A stretch of 64,000 nt of DNA from an uncultured Pseudomonadota bacterium (GCA_963736005.1 CAVTNB010000002.1:128001-192000), one strand, 5' to 3'. Shown: positions 1-10,288, counted from the stretch's first letter. Translations and numbers: made by a program. The notes: a model not told the origin generated them from the sequence alone.

Positions 1-2
1 CG

Positions 3-431
3 AGCTCCTTTGTGTACACGGGAACCGGCGCAGTCGTTCCCATCGACACGTCCAAACGCATACCGCTGGTCACCGCGACAGTCGGCAGTAAAGATCAAGG
101 CACGTTTACCATCGATACCGGCAGCTCGGCCACGCTTGTGCTGTATCCGGAGTTCGCGAACCTACATCGCTTCGATTTTGTCAATCCCTACGAATCGGAC
201 CCCAACATCGCTTCTGGTGCAGGAGGGGACATGCCCACCCGCCTCTATCAGATTACGCGACTCACGCTGGGCAAATATGACGTCACCGATGTTGCCACCG
301 AGGTCATTATGCGGGAAGAGGGAGCCTTCGGCGCCTCAAACTCCGATGGCCTTATCGGCAGCGGTGCGCTCGCACAGTTTGATGCGGTGTTCTTGGATTA
401 TGGCAACAATCGATTGATTTTGGAGAAATGA
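3..431 (+). CDS. Retropepsin-like aspartyl protease domain protein, 5'-truncated by window edge
   Basis: Motif FTIDTGSS (D-T-G) and downstream DGLIG; frame open to window start. Confidence 0.75.
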   Translation, partial: SSFVYTGTGAVVPIDTSKRIPLVTATVGSKDQGTFTIDTGSSATLVLYPEFANLHRFDFVNPYESDPNIASGAGGDMPTRLYQITRLTLGKYDVTDVATEVIMREEGAFGASNSDGLIGSGALAQFDAVFLDYGNNRLILEK

Positions 432-457
432 GCGGACCTAAAGGTCCGCTGCTACAT
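431..457 (-). repeat. REP-like hairpin, class A (ATGTAGCAGCGGACCTTTAGGTCCGCT)
   Basis: GTAG plus inverted repeat AGCGGACC/GGTCCGCT; identical copies at 11981 and 15579; lies between convergent genes. Confidence 0.85.
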
Positions 458-814
458 TTATAATTGGTCGCGTTGAGCGCGTTGGTCGACAAGCTCGGAC
501 AGGCGTTGCATCGCATCGTCACCCAAGGAGATAAAGGCGACGCCCACTTCGCCGAGGTGCGACGTGCGCACGATCGCCGCATCGATATTCACCGTCGCAT
601 CGATCGCAATGGGAATGTGAATGACGATCCGCGTTTCCTGATCCAGCGGCTCGTCCGTCAGCAGCAACACGCCACCAAGACTGATATTGTCGACCATGGC
701 CGCACATAGGCGCCCGGATTTTGCTTCGGTGAACGTCACCGGCATGGAGATGTTGAATCGAGGGGCCTGGCGCCGCTCAGACGGATGCTGGCCCTGAGGC
801 GTCGGCACGGCCAT
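458..814 (-). CDS. PilZ domain protein (c-di-GMP receptor)
   Basis: ERRQAPR (RxxxR) and DNISLGG (D/NxSxxG); ATG at 814 overlaps the stop of the upstream gene. Confidence 0.85.
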   Translation of the reverse strand: MAVPTPQGQHPSERRQAPRFNISMPVTFTEAKSGRLCAAMVDNISLGGVLLLTDEPLDQETRIVIHIPIAIDATVNIDAAIVRTSHLGEVGVAFISLGDDAMQRLSELVDQRAQRDQL

Positions 815-1749
815 CACTGCTGCTCGATTGAATCCACGACCCAGTCCGATGAAGACGTTTTCACAAACGCCCCGCAATACGCACACTTACCGTTTTGCAA
901 ACTGAGCGGCGCGCCACACGAGGGACACGTGCTCGCGAGCTGCGTTTGACCCACCACACTTTGCGCATCCGCGCGGCGGATGAAGGTCCATTTCTCGGTG
1001 AAGGTCTTTTGATACTGATTGCCGCTGACGACCTGTTTGGTGTTCTCGTCAATCGTATAGTCGCTCATGCTGGCGGAAATTGCCACAACGATCGAGTCAT
1101 ACGGCCTGCCAGCGTTGACGCCGACGATATTCGCGTGCCCAATGACGATGTTGTCGAGCATGTCGATTTGATGGTTCGCGATTAGCTGATCGGTTTGCAT
1201 CTTGTGCCGTTCGTAGAGCGCATCAGACATGCCGTCGCGAGCGATGTCTTGATTGCGGGCCTGCCAAGCTTGCTGCACTTTGAAGAACACCGTTTGTGCG
1301 CGGCCTAAGAAAGCAGTTTCATCGAAGTTCGGGTCGTGCGCCTTGATGGCTGCAATGCCTGCAGCGATCGCCGCGGGATCGACCGCGGCCATGGGCCGAT
1401 CGATCACAATCGGACCACGCGCCTCATCGTTGGTCACCCCACCGGCAAGCGTGGGCGACCAAGCCTCGCGCATCGTGTCTACTTGATTGGAGCGCACGTA
1501 GCGCTTGTACATCGAATACAGGATGAACAAAACGATGATGGTGCCAACGCCGCTGCCGTGACCCAAAAACAAAAGGGGCCACAGCGTGAAAATACCGCCG
1601 CCGCCGAAATCGCCGCCACCCGAAAACCCGCCCCCACCACCGTAGTTTTGGCCACCGCCCGCCCGCGCGAGCGCCTCAATTGGCAACGCTATGAGCATGA
1701 CGAGCAGGGGAAGCGCCGCCACGCGCGCCGTCAACTGTTTGCGATTCAT
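814..1749 (-). CDS. Tim44-like domain membrane protein with C-terminal double zinc ribbon
   Basis: Signal/TM segment, ARAGGG Gly-rich stretch, DPNFDETAFL...VQQAW...FTEKWTFIR, CPSCGA...CAYCG; start MNRKQ chosen over the longer ORF that overlaps nfo. Confidence 0.8.
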   Translation of the reverse strand: MNRKQLTARVAALPLLVMLIALPIEALARAGGGQNYGGGGGFSGGGDFGGGGIFTLWPLLFLGHGSGVGTIIVLFILYSMYKRYVRSNQVDTMREAWSPTLAGGVTNDEARGPIVIDRPMAAVDPAAIAAGIAAIKAHDPNFDETAFLGRAQTVFFKVQQAWQARNQDIARDGMSDALYERHKMQTDQLIANHQIDMLDNIVIGHANIVGVNAGRPYDSIVVAISASMSDYTIDENTKQVVSGNQYQKTFTEKWTFIRRADAQSVVGQTQLASTCPSCGAPLSLQNGKCAYCGAFVKTSSSDWVVDSIEQQ

Positions 1750-1811
1750 TTTCTGCCCTTCAAACCTACCGCTTTTGCCTACCGTGCTCTCGTGCAAAAA
1801 GTTACGCTCCA

Positions 1812-1839
1812 ATGGGACGACTTTCCAATCGCCCCATCC
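1812..1839 (-). repeat. Degenerate class C REP-like hairpin
   Basis: Minus strand GTGGATGGGGCGATTGGAAAGTCGTCCC resembles GTAGGGGGCGATTGGAAAATCGCCC at 5866. Confidence 0.45.
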
Positions 1840-1841
1840 AC

Positions 1842-2714
1842 TTAGGCGATCTTCCCTGCGCGGCCGCCGCCAGACCTGCGCACACCTGCCAGTCGCCGCG
1901 CCGTCGTAACGTTTTGCCGGTCGAGTTCGGGTGTCTTTGGCGTTTCGCAGATGCAGGCAACGCGCGAAAGTTCCGGACGTGAGAGCAGCGCACGAAACCC
2001 AGCCGTACCGATTCTCCCCTTCCCCACATGCCAGTGCAGATCGCGTTTGGCCCCAAGCGCTACTTGGGTATCGTTGAGGTGTAGCACCCGCAGGCGTGAA
2101 AAACCAATGTGCTTGTCCACCTCGGCCATGACACTCGACACACCTTTGCTCGTTGCGAGATTGTAACCGCTTGCCCACAAATGCGCCGTGTCCAAGCAGA
2201 CACCAATACGGCGGTTCCCGAGAGCGCGCACGATCTCGCCCAACTCTTGGATCGTGCCGCCGCACTTGTTGCCACCGCCGGCAGAGTTCTCAAGCAGCAG
2301 CATCGGTCCAGGCGCGGCATCGCCAATCAGCTGACCCAGCAGCGCGCAAATGTGGTCGAAGCCGATGGAGCGCGGCTGGTCACCGTAGCTGCCTAAATGC
2401 GTGTTGACGTATTCAATCTTGCCTCGTGCGGCAACATCGAGGTCGTGCGCGACGAGCATAGCGCTTTTGGTTCGCAGCGTCTTATCAGAGGATGCCAGAT
2501 TGATGAGATACGAGGTGTGTATGACCGTGGGTGCGAGATGATGTTCCTTGCGGGCCTTGGCGAACTGCGCCCAAGCAGCAGCGTCGTATGGGGTCGTGCG
2601 CCAGCCGCGTGGGTTGCCCGCAAAAATCTGGATGCAGTCGCACTGCGCGGCAAGCGCCTCGGCGATGGTCTTAGCGAATCCCCCGCCGATGCCGACATGC
2701 ACGCCGAACTTCAC
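1842..2714 (-). CDS. nfo: Endonuclease IV (AP endonuclease)
   Basis: GVHV, IHTSYLINLAS, LLENSAG, CLDTAHLWASG, HLND, HWHVGKG, ETP motifs. Confidence 0.95.
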   Translation of the reverse strand: MKFGVHVGIGGGFAKTIAEALAAQCDCIQIFAGNPRGWRTTPYDAAAWAQFAKARKEHHLAPTVIHTSYLINLASSDKTLRTKSAMLVAHDLDVAARGKIEYVNTHLGSYGDQPRSIGFDHICALLGQLIGDAAPGPMLLLENSAGGGNKCGGTIQELGEIVRALGNRRIGVCLDTAHLWASGYNLATSKGVSSVMAEVDKHIGFSRLRVLHLNDTQVALGAKRDLHWHVGKGRIGTAGFRALLSRPELSRVACICETPKTPELDRQNVTTARRLAGVRRSGGGRAGKIA

Positions 2715-3400
2715 GACGATCCATTCATTGCCCGTTTGAGCTCGTCGGCCACGCTGTCTTCCAGCTTCGCGTTTGCTTTCGCGTGCACTTCGTCTTCGTG
2801 ACCTTCGATGGATTCGTGAATTTGCGATACCGAGGCAGCCTTGCTTGCAGATTGCGGAAATGCGATCACTTGCCCGTTGACTCGTCGAGGCGCGTCGTCA
2901 GGCAAGGGCGGCAATTCGTCGACCGAACGCAAACCAAACGCTTCAAGAAACTGCGTCGTCGTTCCGTACAGAATCGGACGCCCAACCACGTCCTTGCGGC
3001 CGAGTTCGCGAATGAGTTGGCGCTCTTCAAGCGTGCCCATGACGCCGTCCACGTTGACGCCCCGAATGCTTTCGATCTCGGCGCGCGTTACCGGCTGCAA
3101 ATACGCAACGATCGCAAGCGTTTCTAGCGATGCCGGAGACATGTAGGTCTTCGGCGGTAAGAGATACCGTTCGACTTCCTCGCGGCACTCGGGATCCGAG
3201 TGCAGCCTGTACCCGCCGCCAATCTCCCGCAGCGCAATGCCACGGTCCCCAAGCGATGCGCGCAGCTCGCTCAGAGCCGAGACCACCTTGCGTGACGGTT
3301 CACCGGTCGCTTCGCAAAGCTCGTCGATGGTGACCGGTTCGGCCGCGACAAAGAGCACGGCCTCGATGCGACTACGCAGACTGGGCAAGCCGTGCCGCAC
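2711..3400 (-). CDS. scpB: SMC-Scp complex subunit ScpB
   Basis: IEAVLF, LETLAIVAYLQPVTRAEIESIRGV, GRPILYGTT..FLEAFGL. Confidence 0.95.
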   Translation of the reverse strand: MRHGLPSLRSRIEAVLFVAAEPVTIDELCEATGEPSRKVVSALSELRASLGDRGIALREIGGGYRLHSDPECREEVERYLLPPKTYMSPASLETLAIVAYLQPVTRAEIESIRGVNVDGVMGTLEERQLIRELGRKDVVGRPILYGTTTQFLEAFGLRSVDELPPLPDDAPRRVNGQVIAFPQSASKAASVSQIHESIEGHEDEVHAKANAKLEDSVADELKRAMNGSS

Positions 3401-4103
3401 TTTCTTTGGGAGCGAGTTTGAAAACGATGTCGGCGAACGGCGCCGCCTGCTCGAACGTCAACTTGTGCGCACGCACCATCTCGAGCGCGGCTAGAAACGT
3501 CACCACGATCTCGAGGCGCTCGCATTGCGACACGAGTGAAAAGAAACTCAGCGTCGTGGAACGGCGCAGCTCGCGCAGCAAATAATTCATTTTGACGACG
3601 ACTGAAAAGGTTTCGCGCTTGACCACCATGGGTCGGCTTCCGACGGCGTTGAGCGCGTGGATAAAGGCCGTTGCCAGCATTTCGGGAGCCAGCTTGTAGC
3701 GCTGGACGAATCCATCTTGGGATGATGCGGAGCGCGTGTAATACGAGCGGTTGAGCTCGAAGCGATCGCGCAAATCCGCGCCCAACAGCTTGAAATGCTG
3801 GTATGCCATGAGCCGTTCGCGCAACGCTTGTTCTGCTGCTGCGGCTTCTTCAGCCAATTCGTCGACAAACGGGGGAGGCGGCGGCGGTAAGAGCTTCTTG
3901 GACTTAATGAAGGTCAGCGTCGCCGCGATGACCAGATACTCGCTCGCCACTTCGATGTCGAGCGACTCCATGAGACCGATATAGGCGAGATACTGCTCGC
4001 AGACGGACGCGAGGGAGACCCGGGTTATGTCCAGGTCTTGCGCGAGCACCAACTGGAGTAGGAGGTCGAGCGGTCCGTCAAAGACATCAAGTTTGACGAG
4101 CAA
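3372..4103 (-). CDS. scpA: Segregation and condensation protein A
   Basis: FDGPLDLLL, ASEYLVIAATL..IKS, VVTFLAALE; adjacent to scpB. Confidence 0.95.
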   Translation of the reverse strand: MLVKLDVFDGPLDLLLQLVLAQDLDITRVSLASVCEQYLAYIGLMESLDIEVASEYLVIAATLTFIKSKKLLPPPPPPFVDELAEEAAAAEQALRERLMAYQHFKLLGADLRDRFELNRSYYTRSASSQDGFVQRYKLAPEMLATAFIHALNAVGSRPMVVKRETFSVVVKMNYLLRELRRSTTLSFFSLVSQCERLEIVVTFLAALEMVRAHKLTFEQAAPFADIVFKLAPKESAARLAQSA

Positions 4104-4140
4104 GCCGTTTGGACCGTCCGTTATGTTAAAGTCCCCCCTG

Positions 4141-5166
4141 TCAATACGACCATATGTTCTTCCCGTTTTTTAGTGTACCGCCCTGCGGCAAAACTTCGAT
4201 GTAAATCTGCCCAGGCGCGAGCGGCATAGCTTCGCCTTCGTTGTCGAGCAGCTCTGGCATCGTGTTTGGTCCGGGCGCTACCCACGTGCCCGTGGTCGCG
4301 GTACCATCGCGGATGAGCACGGCTGGGAATCTGCCGTAGACGTTCATTTGGAGGTCGCCTAGACTGTCCAGCACCCTGGCCGGGATCCAGACGGCGATGA
4401 TGTCTGCGACCACATACGGCCGAGCGTCGCCAAGGTCGTGTTGGACTTCGCCATCGATGATGCGGATGTAGCCTCGGCCCGCCGGGCGATAACGGACCGT
4501 GTACTGCAGCCAAAAGGTCAGCACCGCGTCAGGGGTTTGCGGCTTTGCCGGCGGATCCGGTGTGAAGGCGAATTCCTCGGCGTCGAGAGCTGTGTCTTTG
4601 TAGCCATACATGGGTCCCGTCTTGCGCATTCTTGCCACCGAGGTGTAGAGGTTGTGCGGCATATCGCGGGTTGGATCGCGCCAAAAGGCTTCCGGCGTGC
4701 CCACGATTTGATCCATATCGGCAAATCCGTCATCGCGCAAATCCCTGAGTGGGCCCCAGACATCGTCATTTTCGCCTGCGTGCGCGTAGAGCGGATCATA
4801 CGGGCGGGCAAGGTCGACAAAATACAAGCGAGCGCTGCGCACCGGACCTATTTTTGCTGGCGACTTTTCCAGGAAGAGCGCCATATAGCGCGTGATGCCG
4901 CCTTCTGCTTCCACTTCGTACACGATATCGGCGTCGTGCAGACCGCTTTGCGGACGTGCATCATAGGGATAATTGTCGATCATCACCGCATCGATGCGAT
5001 GCTTTTCCGAACCGCGCGCCACTTGCTCGCCGTCCAGCAGGCTGTAGACGGGCGTGGGCGTAGGGGAAGGCCGCGGCGTGGGGAGCGGCGCCACGACATG
5101 TCGCGCACAACCAACACTGATGATCAGCGCCGCAGCGATCCCCCACCGATATTTTTTGCTCAACAT
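4141..5166 (-). CDS. DUF3048 (YerB-like) lipoprotein
   Basis: Lipobox SVGC; AVMIDN, ARPQSGL..ADIVYE..EGGITR, IGPVRSAR, PHNLY; the longer ORF start lies inside the repeat array. Confidence 0.85.
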   Translation of the reverse strand: MLSKKYRWGIAAALIISVGCARHVVAPLPTPRPSPTPTPVYSLLDGEQVARGSEKHRIDAVMIDNYPYDARPQSGLHDADIVYEVEAEGGITRYMALFLEKSPAKIGPVRSARLYFVDLARPYDPLYAHAGENDDVWGPLRDLRDDGFADMDQIVGTPEAFWRDPTRDMPHNLYTSVARMRKTGPMYGYKDTALDAEEFAFTPDPPAKPQTPDAVLTFWLQYTVRYRPAGRGYIRIIDGEVQHDLGDARPYVVADIIAVWIPARVLDSLGDLQMNVYGRFPAVLIRDGTATTGTWVAPGPNTMPELLDNEGEAMPLAPGQIYIEVLPQGGTLKNGKNIWSY

Positions 5167-5316
5167 ATGTAATATCGCGAATTTATTCGCGACTTTTCGC
5201 GGCCCATGTAGTGTCGCGAATTTATTCGCGACCTTCTCGCGGCCCATGTGGTGTCGCGAATTTATTCCCGACTTCTCGCGACCCGCGTAGTGTCGCGAAT
5301 TTATTCGCGACCTTCT
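5167..5316 (+). repeat. Tandem array of four ~40-bp class B REP-like units
   Basis: Units start at 5167, 5206, 5246, 5285; core GTAGTGTCGCGAATTTATTCGCGAC; inter-hairpin sequence also repeated. Confidence 0.9.
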
Positions 5317-5408
5317 TTAATATTATCGGAACGTCGGGTGGGTCACTTAGCATTGATATCAGCAGCCGGCGTTCCCCAATCTTCGAAGAATTTCCGGCTC
5401 CAAGCGTA

Positions 5409-5948
5409 TCATCGAAACCCCAGCGCTGCCGGCGCCTTCTCTTTCACGATATTTTGCGCAATCTCGATGAGCCGGCGCTCGTTGATGTGCGTCAGCCGAT
5501 CGTTGAGTTCGTCGAGCCGTACCCAAAGCGCTTCATCGACTTCGCCGGTCTGCGGCGTTGGGGTCCCGCTCACATAACGCATGAGAAAAAAATGAACGAC
5601 CTTGTGGTGTTTGGTCTTGTTCGCATAAAACCAATAACGAATGTCAGAAAGCTTGCAGACGATCGTTGCTTCGATGCCGGTCTCTTCCAAGACTTCGCGC
5701 GTCGCAGCTTGCTCGATTGACTCGTTCGGCTCGACATGTCCCTTCGGCAAGGCCCAGATTCGAGGACTAGCCCGTCCGATAATGAGACCGTGGTATGCCC
5801 CGCGCTCGCGTTTGAGGACGAGACCTCCGGCGGAGCGCTCGTACATCACCCGAGGTCGTGGTAATGTAGGGGGCGATTGGAAAATCGCCCCTTGTAGCAG
5901 CGGACCCTTAGATTCGCTCCGTCCTCGACGCTTGGATCGTCGTTTCAT
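5409..5948 (-). CDS. NUDIX hydrolase (Ap4A hydrolase-like)
   Basis: SAGG and Nudix box LPKGHVEPNESIEQAATREVLEETG; ATG overlaps gcvPB stop; alternative start at MYERS near 5846. Confidence 0.9.
   Translation of the reverse strand: MKRRSKRRGRSESKGPLLQGAIFQSPPTLPRPRVMYERSAGGLVLKRERGAYHGLIIGRASPRIWALPKGHVEPNESIEQAATREVLEETGIEATIVCKLSDIRYWFYANKTKHHKVVHFFLMRYVSGTPTPQTGEVDEALWVRLDELNDRLTHINERRLIEIAQNIVKEKAPAALGFR
5865..5918 (+). repeat. Two REP-like hairpins (class C then degenerate class A) within the NUDIX 5' region
   Basis: TGTAGGGGGCGATTGGAAAATCGCCC followed by TGTAGCAGCGGACCCTTAGATTCGCT. Confidence 0.75.
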
Positions 5949-7414
5949 TGACGGTTCGCCGTGTCAGGAGGTTCCCACCGCAAACCGATACCTTTGTTCG
6001 CTTGTCTTCCGACCTGCGCTTCGTCGACGCGCCGGACTGGCGTGTGCAGCGGTAACTGCTGCATGGACGCCGGGTCATCGTGCGCTTGTTTGACGAGCGC
6101 GCGTAACGTGTCAGCAAACGTGTCGAGCGTTTCTTTGGTTTCTGTCTCGGTCGGCTCGATCATGAGGCACTCGGGCACGACGTGCGGCCAATACATGGTC
6201 GGCGCATGAATGCCCGCATCCAAAAGGCCCTTCGCCAAGTCGAGAGCCCGCGCACCGGTCTCCTTCTTCAAGCGCTCCGCCGAACAGACAAACTCGTGGC
6301 GGCAATAATCTTCGTACGGAACCACAAGCACGTCTTTGATTTTCGCTCGAACGTAATTGGCGTTGAGCACCGCGAGTTGGCTGTTGCGGCGCAAGCCTTC
6401 TTCTCCATGCACGATGATGTACGCGTACGCGCGTACGACCGCTAAGAAATGGGACCAAAACTCGCGGACGGGGCCGATGCTGTCAGGGCGATCCCAATCC
6501 AAAGCGAACGCTCCATCCTGCTCTCGCGCCACGATTGGCTTGGGGAGATATGGCGCCAACTTCGCGCTTGCACCCACGGGACCGGAACCTGGACCTCCGC
6601 CGCCATGCGGCACCGAGAAGGTCTTGTGCAAATTGAGGTGCAGCAAGTCGAAGCCCATGTCGCCAGGCCGCGTCAGTCCGACGATGGCGTTGGCGTTCGC
6701 TCCATCGTAGTACATCAAACCGCCGGCTTTGTGCACGGCCTGTGTGATGTCGATAATGTCATCCTCAAACAGCCCAAGTGTGTTCGGGTTGGTCATCATA
6801 CACACTGCAGTCGAGCCATCCAGCTTGCTGCGTAGGGCCGCAAGATCCGTGCGCCCACGGCTCGTTGACGGGATGGAGACGACTTTGTAGCCTACCATTG
6901 CGGCGCTTGCTGGATTCGTGCCATGCGCTGTATCCGGCACGAGGCAAACATTGCGCTGTCCTTGCCCCATTTCGACAAAGTATTTCTTGGCCATGAGCAT
7001 CGCCGTGATCTCGCCGTGCGCTCCCGCCGCGGGCATCAACGAGAATTCTGCCATCCCGAACAATGCAGACAGCGTGCGCTCCATATCCCACAGCAAGTGT
7101 AGCGCCCCTTGCGCGCCGGCGTCGGGAGCGAAGGGGTGGAGGTCGGTGAAACCTGGGAACCCTGCGACTGCTTCATTGAGTTTGGGGTTGTACTTCATGG
7201 TGCAGGAACCCAACGGATAGAAGTTTCGGTCGACGGAGAAATTTCGCGCTGACAACTCCATGAAATGGCGCGCGACCTCCAACTCTGCCAGATCTGGCAG
7301 CGGGAGGCTCTCACGCAGCAAAGCCTGGTTGAGGTAGCGACGCGCTCCGCCGGCATCGGCTACGAACTGATTGCCGCGCCCGGGAGCGCCGCGTTCAAAC
7401 AGCAGCAACGGCAC
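5945..7414 (-). CDS. gcvPB: Glycine dehydrogenase (decarboxylating) subunit 2
   Basis: YPLGSCTMKYNP, AHGTNPASA, HLNLHKTFSVPHGGGGPG, IEPTETE. Confidence 0.97.
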   Translation of the reverse strand: MPLLLFERGAPGRGNQFVADAGGARRYLNQALLRESLPLPDLAELEVARHFMELSARNFSVDRNFYPLGSCTMKYNPKLNEAVAGFPGFTDLHPFAPDAGAQGALHLLWDMERTLSALFGMAEFSLMPAAGAHGEITAMLMAKKYFVEMGQGQRNVCLVPDTAHGTNPASAAMVGYKVVSIPSTSRGRTDLAALRSKLDGSTAVCMMTNPNTLGLFEDDIIDITQAVHKAGGLMYYDGANANAIVGLTRPGDMGFDLLHLNLHKTFSVPHGGGGPGSGPVGASAKLAPYLPKPIVAREQDGAFALDWDRPDSIGPVREFWSHFLAVVRAYAYIIVHGEEGLRRNSQLAVLNANYVRAKIKDVLVVPYEDYCRHEFVCSAERLKKETGARALDLAKGLLDAGIHAPTMYWPHVVPECLMIEPTETETKETLDTFADTLRALVKQAHDDPASMQQLPLHTPVRRVDEAQVGRQANKGIGLRWEPPDTANRQ

Positions 7415-8746
7415 GAGCGGTCTCCTCGACGAGCGCTTCGGTCAAAGCTTTGATATCATCGGACGTTGTCAGTTCCGTCGCGCACATCGAGCACGAGATG
7501 GGTGAGCTCCGGGTAGAAGCGGGAAAGCGGCAATCCCGCGAGGATGCCGCGTTTCTCCAATCGTTTGACGAGTTGCGCTGCCGGCACGGGCGTGCGAACG
7601 CAGAACTCATTGAAGTACGGCGCTTTGATAGGCGGCGACAAACCCAGGCACGGCACAAACGGCCTCTTGCAACTCGCGTGCGCGCTGCAAATTGGCCGCG
7701 GCAATCGATTGCAATCCCTTGCTGCCAACCGTTGCCAGGTACACGGTGGCGATCAAAGCGCACAGCGCCTGGTTGGTGCAGATGTTCGACGTCGCAAGTT
7801 CGCGGCGAATGTGCTGCTCCCGTCCCTGCAAGGTGAGCACGAACGCACGCCGTCCATCGACGTCAGTGGTTTCTCCGACCAGCCTTCCTGGAAGCCGCCG
7901 GACGTGCTCCTTGGTCGTGGCAATGAAGCCGACGTACGGTCCGCCATAACCAAGCGGCAATCCGAACGACTGCCCCTCGCCGAGCGCAATGTCCGCGCCT
8001 GCCTCTCGTGGCGTCTTGAGCAGCGCAAGCGACAGAGCTTCCGCGGTAACGCTGACGCACAGGGCCCCGGCCTCGTGCGCTACGGTCGCGGCAGTGCTTA
8101 TGTCTTCAATGCACCCAAAGAAGTTCGGGGATTGCAGCACGACGCACGACGCCCCCTTGGCGTCAACGCGACTTGTGTCAGTGAGTCCTTTGGTCGTCAC
8201 GGGCAGCTCGACGATCTCTAGCCCCATTCCCTCGGCATACGTGGCAAGCACTGCACGATACATGGGGTGCACGGCTTTGCTGATGAGAACGCGTTTGCGC
8301 CCATTGGCGTGCAGCGACATAATGACGCCTTCGACAAGCGCGGTCGCACCGTCATAGAGCGATGCATTGCTCACGTCCATGCCGGTGAGCAAGCTGATGT
8401 AAGTTTGCCACTCGAAGATAGCTTGCAGGCTGCCTTGACTTGCCTCTGCCTGATACGGGGTGTAGGCGGTGAGAAACTCGGAACGGGTGGCAAACCAGGG
8501 AACGGCCGGTGGCTGATAGTGCCGGTATGCGCCGGCGCCGAGAAACGAAACCATGCGCGCAGCAGTATTTTGGTTGGCCAGCGCCTTGATGTGCGCGTAT
8601 GCCTCCGCTTCGGGCAGTGCCGGCGCGATATTCAGGCGCTCCTTGATCGCAAGCCCGCCTGGCGGAGACGAAAGCGCCTCGAGGCTCGAGACCCCAATGA
8701 CCTCGAGCATGGCGCGGATATCTTTTTCCGTGTGCGGCGCGTACAT
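7395..8746 (-). CDS. gcvPA: Glycine dehydrogenase subunit 1, two apparent frameshifts near 7635 and 7490
   Basis: FLGAGAY, EFLTAYTPYQAE, NASLYDG, REQHIRRE.ATSNICTNQ; C-terminus continues in other frames (YFNEF...GLPLSRFYPEL, then CATELTT..DI). Confidence 0.9.
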
Positions 8747-8750
8747 GATT

Positions 8751-9137
8751 CTAAGCTAGCGTCTGAACAAACTCATCGTAGGCTGGCGCGTCGAGCAGTC
8801 CATTAGTATCGGATGGATCGACGCCCGTCATCTTCACAAGCCAACCCTCGCCGAATGGATCGCCGTTCACTTTAGCTGGATCGTCCTCGACTGACGAGTT
8901 AATTTCACTCACGGTGCCGCTCACTGGCGCGTAGATGTCGGACACCGCCTTCACCGACTCAACCACGCCAATCGGATTGCTCCGCTCCAGCGCCGCGCCG
9001 GGCTTGGGCAGCTCCACGTAGACGATGTCTCCCAGCGAAGACTGCGCGTAATCGGTGATGCCAACGACAGCGTTTTTCCCGTCGAATTTCACCCACTCGT
9101 GTTCTTTTGTATAGTAACGATCGCTCGGTTGCGGCAT
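8751..9137 (-). CDS. gcvH: Glycine cleavage system H protein
   Basis: HEWV, GITDYAQ..LGDIVYVELP, lipoyl site VESVKA. Confidence 0.97.
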   Translation of the reverse strand: MPQPSDRYYTKEHEWVKFDGKNAVVGITDYAQSSLGDIVYVELPKPGAALERSNPIGVVESVKAVSDIYAPVSGTVSEINSSVEDDPAKVNGDPFGEGWLVKMTGVDPSDTNGLLDAPAYDEFVQTLA

Positions 9138-9139
9138 AT

Positions 9140-10241
9140 TTACGTTCCCTTTTGGCGTTTGTAAAATGGAAGTTTCACGACCGTCGCTTTATGCATGGCT
9201 CCTCGGATCTCAATCTCCAGTCGCGTGCCCGGTTCGCTCGCGGCCTTGCGGACAAGCGCGGTTGCGATATTCTTTCCGCCCAGAGACGGCGCCGGCGAGC
9301 CCGATCGCACTTCCCCGACCGGCTTGCCCTCCCAAAAGACGGCATAGCCAGCACGCGCCGGCGCCTTGCCATCCATCACGAGGCCTGCGATTCGATCGTA
9401 ACGGTCCTCCGAGTGCTGCGCTTCCAGAACCGCCTTGCCCGTGAACAGCTTGGCGAACTTCACCGCCCAGTCGAGCCCGGCTTGGAGTGGAGTGATGGTT
9501 TCCTCCAATTCGTGACCGTACAGCGGCATGCCGGCTTCCAATCGCAGCACGTCGCGCGCCCCAAGACCTGCTGGACGAAGCCCAAACGGTTTGCCCTCGC
9601 GCATGAAGCGATCCCAAAGGGTAACCGCGGCGCCAGCGGGGAGAAACACTTCGAAGCCATCCTCACCAGTGTAGCCCGTGCGCGCAATCTCCGCCTTTCC
9701 ACCACCCACAGTGGTCTCGGCGGCATAGTAATAACGCACCGTCGCGAGATCGAGATCGCAGAGCGGCTGCAGCATCTCGAGTGCGCGCGGACCTTGCAGC
9801 GCGATGAGCGATGAACGCTCGGTTCGGTTTTCAAGGCTCACCGCGGCGGGTTTCGAGCCAGAAAGCAAATCCCACATCTTGCCGGTGTTGGATGCGTTCA
9901 CAACGATGAGCCAGCGCCCCGCGCAGGCGGTAGATAATCACGTCATCGTGGGCGCCTCCGGCTTCGTTGGTAAAGATGTTGTAGCGGGCTTGATTCGGCC
10001 GCATGCTTGCCACGTCGTTGACCGTCAACCCATCGAGCCATGGCGCAACAGCGTCGCCCGACGCGATAAACTGCCCCATGTGCGAGAGGTCGAACATGCC
10101 CACCGCCGTTCGCACGGCGTTGTGTTCTTCGAGGATACTGGAGTAGACGATGGGCATAAGAAATCCCCCAAAGGGGGACATCTTGGCGCCAAGGCCGACG
10201 TGCGTTTGGTACAACGCCGTCTGGCGGGGCTGGGTGAGCAC
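9140..10241 (-). CDS. gcvT: Aminomethyltransferase, apparent frameshift near 9920
   Basis: FGGFLMPIVY, FDLSHMG, DDVIIYR in 9831-10241; NASN, ALQGP, RTGYTGEDGFE, RLEAGMPLYG in 9140-9901. Confidence 0.93.
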
Positions 10242-10288
10242 CTTGGACGTTTCGGCGGGTCGCCAAAGCCGTCCTAGCCCAGGCGCTC

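Noticed and set aside
1750..2265. N-terminal extension of the Tim44-like ORF
   Set aside because: Overlaps nfo in another frame and has non-protein-like composition
5167..5316. CRISPR array
   Set aside because: Sequence between palindromes is short and itself repeated, with no unique spacers and no cas genes; the units match dispersed REP-like elements
10242..10288. Glycine riboswitch upstream of gcvT
   Set aside because: Only 47 nt of intergenic space and no recognisable aptamer motifs
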